Source: Lama guanicoe
Lineage: Eukaryota
Reading direction: 5' to 3'
Assembly: GCA_013239625.1 (NCBI GenBank)
Contig: MU053911.1
Coordinates: forward strand, 1,067,590 to 1,105,738
Length of the DNA stretch: 38,149 nt
Shown here: in pieces, positions 1-8,501 of the stretch
Layout: each line of letters starts with the position of its first letter
How positions within the stretch are numbered: position 1 is the first letter of the stretch
The notes under the pieces: model-generated
What the model saw: the letters and a program-made list of their open reading frames with translations, nothing else
Databases searched by the model: none
What the model was told of the DNA's origin: nothing
Made by a program: the position numbers and the translations under genes

Positions 1-1535
1 GCCTTGTTTCCCATGTGACTTCTCTGCTCTCTGATAAGGAAGCACACTAGTCCCTCCACACACAGCCCTACAAATCGCACGTTCCAAACCGCCCAGAGGA
101 AAAGCTGCTCACCGCCCATCCTGAAGTGTGGGGAGTCCACCTCTGCGCAAGAGGACCTGCCGTGCCCTAGGCCCCTGTTCTGGTAGAGCTCAGCTCCCAC
201 CACAATTTTAAAACTATCGCTTGTAAAATGCAGGCAAACAAGTACAATGAGAAAAGGCTCCACGTCACATGAGCAAACTAAAACAAGCCACCACCGCACC
301 CGTCAGAACGGCCCGCCAGAGCGCCAGGACCACCTTTTATCTGTATTATTTCAACCCATTATTTAAAACTCAAAGCCTCTATCCAAAATTAGGACACAAC
401 ATAAAGGAGAAATTATTTCCAAATATTTTTGCCTGTCAACACTGTATAGGACTGGGTAATGATTTCCTATGACAAAGTCGTTCATTCATTCACTCATTCA
501 TTCATTCCTTTAAAATACAACACTTATTCAGTCTTTATTCTTTCAGGTGTTTGGGGCCATAGCAGTGATCAAGACATACTGGCCTTAATATCCTTCTACA
601 TGCTGTAGTTCAAAGACAGCTAAAGAGTAGGCTAAAATAATGGAAGCTTGAAATACCACCACTAGAAATGTCATACTGAACCCTAATTTACTAAAAGTCT
701 GCCATAAACCAGACAGAATTCTTTCACACATGGTACTCTTTTATAAAGCTTCTATGCTAAAGAGATGAAATCACTATTTAAAAGAAATTAAAAGAGGCCA
801 AACAATGAAAAAATTCTTCCCTTCGGTTAGAGTTTAAACTTGGCTTTGCACACTGGATGGAATGCACCAGCCTGAAAGTGACAGGAAGGAATTACGACAG
901 GGTTCTGCCAATTCATTCACACAAGAAATGTTTTTCAGATGAGTTCAACCACAGCAACTGTGAGGTTAGGTGGCTTAAAAAAAAAATAAATTTCAACACG
1001 TCACAAACATGTATTTTCACCTTCAAGTTTTTTAAGTTGAAAATTGCATAAACGGCATGATGTACAAACTACCCATCTGTAGATATTAAGCCACGCACCT
1101 TACAGCGAAAATACTACTAGTGAAGTTACTGCAAGACCAGGAAAATAGACAACCATCACCAGGTGCAATGATCAGTCCTCTAACTTCCTTTGCAAACACC
1201 AGTCCAAACCAAAGTCACTCAGATCAGTCCGGAATTCGCAGGACTGCGGCTCGCCCCCGGCCCAAAGCTGCCTGCAAAGCACTGACAGTAACACTGTAAA
1301 GAGAACGTAAAGCGTTCAGGTGGAGCCGTGGGACTGCAACCCCTCACCCCAACCCTGCGGCGTCGCTGGGGTCGCGGGGCCAGGGGAGGGCTCATTTTGC
1401 GAGGGTCCGGGGAGCCCAGCTCGCCGGCTGGACTCAGACTCCAGCATGTGACCTGCGTCCCCGCGGCCCGGCCGCCCCGCGCCCCGGGGCCCGGCCCGCT
1501 CACCCCCGCCCTGGGCACCCGCGCGGCCGACTCAC
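1..1535 (-). other. CCNY: First ~1.5 kb of the intron following CCNY coding exon 1
   Basis: Follows the canonical donor GACG|GTGAGT on the minus strand (plus strand actcac at 1530-1535). No further CCNY exon is recognisable before the window edge. Confidence 0.9.
478..610 (-). mobile_element. L2 LINE 3' end fragment
   Basis: (TTCA)n at 481-507 followed by caacacttattcag...ggggccatagcagtgatcaagaca, the reverse complement of the typical L2 tail. Confidence 0.6.
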
Positions 1536-1689
1536 CGTCGATGTTCTCCCGGTCGCTGATGTGCTGCAGGTTGCAGCCCGTGTCCTCGCGGCTCAGCTCG
1601 GCGTCCGGCCGGCAGGACTCCAGCCGCGAGTGGGCATTCCGGCGGAGCTTGGGGCTGGACGACACGCAGCACGAGGCGGTGTTCCCCAT
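1536..1689 (-). CDS. CCNY: Cyclin Y coding exon 1 (154 nt, ends in phase 1): [51 protein letters not shown]
   Basis: Strong Kozak context (cccgccATGG) and a GTGAGT donor. The N-terminus has the Gly2 myristoylation/Cys pair motif and the LQHISDRE motif. It matches CCNY and not CCNYL1 (MGNTLTCCVSPNASPK). Confidence 0.97.
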
Positions 1690-1715
1690 GGCGGGCCCGG
1701 CCGGCGCGGCCCCGG

Positions 1716-1748
1716 TCAGCAGCGGCGGCGGCGGCGCGGCCTCGCCAT
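1716..1748 (-). other. uORF2 in the CCNY leader, [10 protein letters not shown]
   Basis: ATG GCG AGG CCG CGC CGC CGC CGC CGC TGC TGA. It is out of frame with CCNY and ends 26 nt before the main ATG. The context has +4 G and -3 C. Confidence 0.6.
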
Positions 1749-1835
1749 GGGCGGCCGGCTCCCCTCGCCGGCCCGGCGGCCTGTCCGCGGCGGAGGAGCG
1801 CCCGTGCCCGCGCGACTGCGGCCGCCCGGCCCGGC

Positions 1836-1853
1836 TCACCCCGCCGCCGCCAT
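1836..1853 (-). other. uORF1 in the CCNY leader, MAAAG*
   Basis: cccgccATGGCGGCGGCGGGGTGA in optimal Kozak context. It is a uORF only if transcription starts upstream of 1853. Confidence 0.55.
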
Positions 1854-2074
1854 GGCGGGCGCCGCACAGCCGCCTCCGCTTCCCGGTCGGCCCGGCTCCG
1901 AGCCGGCGGCCGCAAACGGTTCCGGTTCAGGGGGCGCGGCCGCTCGGGACGCGGGGAGGCGGAGCGGACGCGGGCGGTGGGGACGCGGCGGCGGGAGGCG
2001 CGACGCTGGGTCCGGGCCTGGGCGGCGGGAGACGCTGGGCCCGCCCTGCCGCGCCGGCGGCCCTGCCCTCCTCG

Positions 2075-2160
2075 CCCCGCCCGCCCTGCACCACCGCCCC
2101 GCCCTCTGACCCAGAAGCGGAAGCGCCCACGAGCCGGGGGCGGGCGCTGCGGGCGCGGAC
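2075..2160. promoter_or_regulatory. Proximal promoter cluster of Sp/KLF GC boxes and an ETS-like site
   Basis: ccccgccc at 2075-2082 and 2097-2104, ggggcggg at 2137-2144, cggaag at 2118-2123. No TATA box seen. Confidence 0.55.
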
Positions 2161-2869
2161 AGCGCGGAGGCGGCGCGAGGGTCTGACTCCGGGACCGGAG
2201 CGCGGTGCCGGGGCTGCGGGGTGGGGGCCGCGAGGCGGAGGGTGGATCTTTCTGTCTCTTCTAAGCGCTGGGCGGAAGCTGGACAGGACGGGCCGCTCTC
2301 CCATCCCGAGCCGCCGCAGCGGGACGGGAGTGCACTCGGGCCCGGGCGGCGCCCGCCTCCCCGCAGGTGTCCGCTAGGTAGCGCGGCCTCACCTGTTCCC
2401 CTGCCTACGCTGTCGGTGTGCGTTCTGGGACTTCGGGGGGTGGTCCCCGGCCTGCCAGCCCCACTGCCCTGCAACGGTGCACCTTCACCTGTTGGGGGAC
2501 GGAACAAAGCAGCCGAACAACCCTCCCACCCTTTCCGAGTGGCCAGGGAGGCGTCCTGAGAGGAGCCGAGGGTCCAGAGCGCTTTGAGCAGGAGAAACCA
2601 GGCGCAGCCCGTTCTCTGTGTGAGGGCCTCAGTTGAGGCCCAGAAATAGGACGTGTTAGTGGCGGACGCAGGTACTAACCGGGAAGAAAATTAAGGTAAC
2701 TAACGGCATCAGCAACGTACGGACGTCTTGCCAAAGGCAGCGCAAACATTTCCAGTTCTGGACGAGTTTAACCTGTGCTCCCTGTCTCTTGTTAAACGTT
2801 TATACTTGTGTTAGTCCGTATTTTAAAAAGCTTCATACTCGGAACTGTACTATTGCTGTTTGTTGGAAT

Positions 2870-3090
2870 GGGTGGATGTCCTTGTGAGATCCTGACCTGG
2901 CTTGACCTGCGGCCCCCTCTCCAAATGGGACTGTACTGTAACGAGGAGTGATGGGCGGCCGAAGGTGAGACAGTTTACACCCCCGTAACCTGTGAGGTGG
3001 GATCATTACTCACTCCTTTTTCTATTAGCCGGAATTGCCTGACCCCCTCCTGGGAAGAGATCTGCTAAGTCAAGTGGGAGCTAGTATACT
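2870..3090 (+). pseudogene. ERV protease remnant
   Basis: DGRPKVRQFTPPVTCE...THSFF...PELPDPLLGRDLLSQVGASI, carrying the conserved PLLGRDLL motif. The catalytic DTG is not intact. Confidence 0.8.
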
Positions 3091-3279
3091 CTTAAAACAG
3101 AGTGAGGCCCAAGAAGACAGAAAATCAGAACAGGGAATAAATTTGTTAGTAAGCCCAGATGACCTGCCTATTGGTCATCAAAATATTCCCCAAGAGTAGG
3201 GTAATAGGTAGAGCCTGTGATTTCAGATAAATCGGTACCAAGCAAGGCAAAGCATGATCCCCCTTGAAAACAGAGTTAA

Positions 3280-5000
3280 AGCCTGGGGGGAAGTACCTCT
3301 GGAAGAGGCCATATCCTTTAAAGCCAGAGGCCTTAAGTGTGTGGGGGGTGGGGGTTAGCGCTCAGTACTTCTGTTAGACCTCAAGTATGCATCTGTCACC
3401 CCCTACATGCAGACTCCCAGTACCTTTTTCCCTTTGAATGGCGGGACCTTGACACCCTGGAGGCTACTCAGCACACTTGGACAGTGCTTCCACAGGGCTT
3501 TCGGGACAGCCCCCATGTCTTTGGAAGCACCTCAGCAAGGGAGCTGAGGGAGCAGCCTGAAAGGTGGAACTCTGTTGCAATATGTTGATGATCTATGAAT
3601 AGTGAGACAAGGCAAGGTTCAGATCAGAATACTGTTAAAATGTTAAATTTCCTGGCAGAAAAGGGATGTCAAGCCTTCCCCAACAAAGGCTCGGATTTCA
3701 CAATGTGTCCAGAATTTAGGATTGGTACGGCCTCCGGTGCGTGAGCCCTGGCCACAGACCAGGAGACAGCAGTTGGTGCCTCACCGTCTCCAACCACAAA
3801 GAGACAGCTCCAAGGCTTTCTTGCAGTGGCTGGTTCTGCCATATCTAGATGCCACAGTACGGCCTTACAGCCAAAGCCTGGGGGAAGCAGGGAAGCCTGC
3901 AGTGGAGCAGCACCACCAGTGGGCCTTGGAGACTCTAAAGCCCGAGCTGAACAGGGCAGCAACACCTGGGGCTTCTCCACTTAGACAAAGACTTCACCAT
4001 GTCCATGAGTGGTCAGTGACAGCACTAGGAGCCCTGACCCAAAAGCTGGGACCAGATCAAAGGCCAGTGGCTTACTTTTCCAAACAGCTGGACTCAGTAG
4101 CCCTGGAATGGCCCAGCTGCCCACAAGCAGTAGCAGCCACGGCCCTACTGGCCAGTGAGGCTTCTAGGCTAACCTGTCCCTAACCCTGGGACAACACCTA
4201 GAGGTTTTAACCCTTCATCATGTGCAGTCTGTTAGAAGCCAAAGGACACCACTGGTTAACCAGGGGAGAGTTAGCAAAATATCACCCTCTCCTAATGGAC
4301 ACCCTCGATAGTACTTTAAAGGTGTGCCAAGGCTTAGACACAGCAACTCTTCTCCCAGCTGTTGAAAATGGAGATCTTTCACATCGGTGTACAGAGACAA
4401 TCGAACGAGCTTATTCCAGCAGATCTAGACGAACCTCCTGACAGCCCTGAAGTCTAGTGGTTTACTGACAGGAGTGGTTTTGTAGTGATGGGAACCTAAA
4501 TGGCAGGATGTTAGTCCAGATGAAGCCATGGAAGCCAGAGCCCAGCACCCCAGATGTCAGTCCAGGAAGCTGAACCTGGTGGTGAATGAGAGCTCTGCAG
4601 TCGGGGAGGGGGGGGGGAGGTAAGGAATTAAATGTTCTTTCTGATTCTAAATTTGGACTTCACGTGCTACACACTCATGCTGCCACTGGGAAAGAGAGGA
4701 ATGTTAACTGCCAGCAATTCTCCCATGAAACATACAGATTTGATCTTGGCTCTTTCAGAAGCAGTGCTGCTCCTGGCCCAGGTGTCAGTAATTCCCTGGA
4801 GGAACCATTGCAAGACGGATCCTTTATACGCCAAGGAGATAACAAAAGTGATGGAGCGGCAGAACGTGCAGCTCAGTCACGAGAGCCTGACCATGTCACG
4901 GCCTGAGTGACTGAGCCCCTGGCCTCCCCAGCCGTCCAGTGTTCCCTACAGGAATGGGAGAACGCTGGAAAGGGGCTGTACGGAAGAAATCATGGGCTGG
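3280..5000 (+). pseudogene. ERV pol remnant (RT, connection domain, RNase H)
   Basis: YPLKPEA; LDLK; SQYLFPFEW...TWTVLPQGFRDSPHVFG; LLQYVDDL (YVDD at 3581-3592); ALGALTQKLGPDQRPVAYFSKQLDSVALEWPSCPQAVAATALL; WFTD at ~4458; NVLSDSKF; GDNKSDGAAERAA. Multiple frameshifts. Confidence 0.92.
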
Positions 5001-5011
5001 TGTATATATAT

Positions 5012-5672
5012 ATTTTGTTTTGTTTTTAATTTTGTTTTGTGTCAACTTCTAGTGTACAGCATAATGCTTCAGTCATACATATATTTTCATATTCATTGTA
5101 AGTTACTACAAGATATTGAATAGGGGTCCCTGTGCTATACACTATGAACTTGTTTATCTGTTTTTTATATAGTAGTACCTGCAAATCTCAAACTCCCAAT
5201 TTATCCCTTCCCACCCCCTTCCCACCTGTAAGTTTGTTTTCTATGCCTGTGACAGTTACTCTGTTTTGTAAATAAGTTCATTTATCTTTTTTTTTTTAGA
5301 TTCCACATATGAGTGATATCATATGGTATTTTTCTTTCTCTTTCTGGCTTACTTCACTCAGAATGATGATCTCCAGGTCCACCCATGTTGCTGCAGATGG
5401 CATCACTTTATTCTTTCTTGTGGCTGAGCAGTGTTCCACTGTGTACGTATACACCACGACTTCTTTTATCCATGCATCTGTCGATGGACATTTAGGCTGC
5501 TTCCGTATTTCGGCTATCGTAAATAGTGCTGCTATAACATTGGGGTGCAGATGTCTTTTTGAATTAAGGTTCCCTGTGGATATATGCCCAGGAGTGGGAT
5601 TGCTAGATCATATGGTAAGTCTATTTTCATTTTTTGAAGACTCTCCGTGCTGTTTTCTATAATGGCTGCACC
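5012..5672 (-). mobile_element. 5'-truncated L1 (artiodactyl-type 3' UTR plus ORF2 end) inserted into the ERV
   Basis: T-rich tail at ~5012-5040, then ttacaagatattgaata...tgtgctatac, agattccacatatgagtgatatcatatggtattt, aatagtgctgctataacattggggtg and cccaggagtgggattgctagatcatatggta. Confidence 0.93.
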
Positions 5673-5674
5673 TG

Positions 5675-6560
5675 CCCCCCAGATGCAGTAATAGGCCCAG
5701 CCGGGCTTCCCTGTTACGTCGCTGGTTTAACTCCACTTCACCCCGGTGAGCCTGCACCCCTCCTGAGTACCTGTTCCTCTGTGGTCCACTGCAAAATAAA
5801 CTGCCCTTCGAAGGGAACCCAAATTCCTCCTTTTCCCAGCCTCTCCGGGCAGTGGCCTGTCCGTGCTTAGACAATGTCCACTTCCAGGGAGAATGCACTT
5901 TGGGACAGTTGGGACCTAAAGGACTAGGAGCCACCATGGATAATGCCACCTTGCAAAACAGACAGAATTGGGCACTTGGGCTAATCCTGGCAGGACTCGG
6001 GGCTGCCATTGGACTGGCCGCCCCTGGGGGGTTCTGCCTGTCGTGAAGCAACCTCAGACACCTTACCCAGGCCACAACTGGCCTCCAAGACTGGTGATGC
6101 CTTAAGGGACCTCCAGGACCTGCCGGTGTCGTTTTTCGGCAGCAGCATAGCCCTGGCTCGTCTTCTGGCTGAACAAGGGGGTGTCTCTGCAGTAATCAGC
6201 AGCGCTGGCTATACATACGTCAGCCACTCCAGGACGTCAAAGAAGCACTCAGGACGTTTATGAACAAGCTAAACGGTTCCATGGGGTCAGCAACTCCACT
6301 GCCCTGACTCCGTGGGACTAGATTAAAGGTCACATCCCTGGGGCCTGCTTGGCTCCTGCCTCTCCTGGGCCCTCTGGTGGCAGTAGTTATTTTATTAGTA
6401 TTTGGGCCCTTCTGGTTTAATCTTAGTTAGGTTTGTGTCTTGCAGGCTTTAACAGTTCCAAGTGAGGCTCGCAGTGGCCTAAGGACTTCACCCTGTTCCC
6501 TCAGAAGGTGACCCGGCCCCTGCGGGCCCTCAGAACAGTCAGCAAGGGACTTCTACACCT
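5675..6560 (+). pseudogene. ERV env remnant (SU C-terminus and TM), PABL_B/HERV-R(b)-like
   Basis: GECTLGQLG; a degraded furin site (RQNW) followed by the fusion peptide ALGLILAGLGAAIGLAAP(W)GG; immunosuppressive-domain remnant IALARLLAEQGGVSAVI; anchor WLLPLLGPLVAVVILLVFGP. Frameshifts and stops present. Confidence 0.88.
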
Positions 6561-7857
6561 CGGAGCGGGTGGGGGGTAGTGGAAATTGATTCTTCCCTAT
6601 TTAAAAACTTTTTTTTCTGGACCTCCTTTCACAACTCCTGACGCTTTGGAAAGGGGGTAGGAAGGTTATTTCACCAGCTGTGCTCTTCCAACTCAGCAAG
6701 AAGGCCTTCCAGTCCAACAGGGAGGGTGTGGTGGTGGGTTACTGACCTCTCCCCGAGCCAGGTACTTCCATGTACCTTTACCTCAGTTAACTGGCTCTGT
6801 TCCCAGCACGAAAAACCCAACCGCACTTTTAAAGTAAAACAAGGATAGTCGAGTTGTGCAAGTGAGCGTGAGACCATAGAGAGGGAAGGGCTGATGGGAG
6901 AGCAGGGTAGAGTGGGTCTCCCAGATCCCCTTCCTCAGGGCTGACACCCTCACTCCCCACCTGCTGGCAGTGTGGGTCCACAGCCGCGTCCCTCGCTGGG
7001 AAGCGCCCGCGACCGCAGGGCACTGCTGTGGCGGAGGCGACGGCCCTCCCCAGTGCCTGGCTGATGCAGGCACCTGCAGGCGTTCTCCAGCCCGGCTCCA
7101 GTGCAGCCTTTAGCATCTGCCAGTCTGTCTGCCACAGGTCCCCACGCGGCTTCCCCAGGAACGTCCAGGGAGTCCTGCATGCAGTGTGGCATCTCTGTCT
7201 CCAAGAATCATTTAAGAAGACTGGTAGGGCCCAGGAGGTTGACGCTGAGGTGGGATTTGTAAGCCAGATCCCCTCCAGCAACCTACCTGCCGGACCTGTG
7301 CTCCTGCTTCTGAGAAGCTGTGGGCTTTGGAGCATCCGCCCTGAAAAGCCTTCCTTTCTCCTTAACACTTAGGGAAGTTCGGCTCCACACGGGCAACCGT
7401 GTCCGCCACATCAGTGACGCAACGCCTCTGTCTGTCCTCAGACCTGCACTGAAGCCCGCTCAGGCACACACCTGGAGTCCTCTGGCACTGTCCTTGTGAT
7501 GCCCTCTTCCCAGGGCCCTGAGCTCCGGCTGCACAAGCACATGGGAGAGACACAGGTGGAATGTCTCCAAGGAGGTTACTTAAGCACAAAAATTTCAAAC
7601 CTAAGTTTAATAAGGGATAATAGAAATGACTCAGAGATCCACAACCAGAACTGCTGTAGAAACCCTCAGCTGGCTTCTCCACTTAACTTTCCCCTTTGTC
7701 AAGAAAATAAACAGGTTTATACAGAATAGGCCCAGATTGTTCCTTCATGCTTATCTTCATTGCCAGGTATCTTCAGTCTGCTAACAATCCCAATGTATTC
7801 CTAATCCTCCCAGTGTGAAGACTTGCTGTGAACAGCTCCCAAGCCTGTCACCAGCAC

Positions 7858-8350
7858 TTTATTTTTTTAATTGAAGTACAATCAGTTTACAGTGTTTCAG
7901 TTTCTGGTGTACAGCGTAGTAGTTCACTTATACATGTATATATTTGTTTTCATATTTTTTCATTATAGGTTACAAGACATTGAATATAGTTCCCTGTGCT
8001 TTACAGAAGAAACTTACTGTTTATCTATTTTTATATACAGTAGTTAGTATCTGCAAATCTCCACCTCCCAATTTATCCCTTCCCACCCTCTTTCCCCTCT
8101 GGTAACCGTAGGTTTGTTTTCTATGTCTGTGAGTCTGTTTCTCTTTTGTAAATAAGTTCATTTGTGTCTTTTTTTCTTTTTTTTAATTCCACATATGAGT
8201 GAAATCATGTGGCATTTTTTTCTTTCTGGCTTACTTCACTTAGAATGACAATCCCAGGTCCATCCATGTTGCTGCAAATGGCATTGCCTCTTTTTATGGC
8301 TGAGTAGTATTCCATTGTATAAATATACCACAGCTTCTTTATCCGTCATC
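7858..8350 (-). mobile_element. 5'-truncated L1 3' end
   Basis: tttttttaattgaagtacaatcagtttacagtg...ttccacatatgagtgaaatcatg...gtagtattccattgtataaatataccaca. It closely resembles the copy at 5012-5672. Confidence 0.93.
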
Positions 8351-8450
8351 AGCATTCTTAAAAGCAGAGATACGAGACTTCTCTCACAGCCACTTTAACT
8401 AAAATATGTTTTGAATGATGTTTCTTGCATCTTGCTTTCCTTGTTCTGAA

Positions 8451-8501
8451 TCTCCCCTCCCCTCCCCTCCCCTCCCCTTCCCTTCCCCTCCTCTTCCTCC
8501 T
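8451..8501. repeat. (CCCCT)n/(CCCTT)n polypyrimidine tract
   Basis: About 50 nt of pure C/T sequence. Confidence 0.9.

Larger units (their letters stand above)
1240..2620. promoter_or_regulatory. CpG island spanning the CCNY promoter, 5' leader and coding exon 1
   Basis: Very high GC and dense CpG over ~1.4 kb, against AT-rich flanks. Confidence 0.93.
2870..6580 (+). mobile_element. Degenerate class I (gamma-like, ERV1) endogenous retrovirus internal region, pro-pol-env, interrupted by L1
   Basis: Protease, RT, tether, RNase H and env TM motifs occur in the correct order. There are many stops and frameshifts, and no gag or LTR was recognised. Confidence 0.92.

Noticed and set aside
1219..1535. 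In-frame continuation of the CCNY ORF past the donor
   Set aside because: This is intron read-through. Homology ends at the canonical GTGAGT donor.
1219..2636. Long overlapping ORFs (up to 349 aa) on both strands of the CpG island
   Set aside because: Extreme GC depletes stop codons, and the translations are low-complexity P/R/G/A. Only 1689-1536 is recognisable.
5309..5662. 117-aa hydrophobic ORF
   Set aside because: It is an antisense translation of an L1 3' end, a common artefact.
5852..6263. Intact domesticated env/syncytin
   Set aside because: It is fragmented by frameshifts, lacks a signal peptide and most of SU, and has lost the furin site and CX6CC.
7845..8360. TSD for the L1 at 7858-8350 (agcacttt versus agcattct)
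   Set aside because: Short and imperfect, so it cannot be distinguished from chance.
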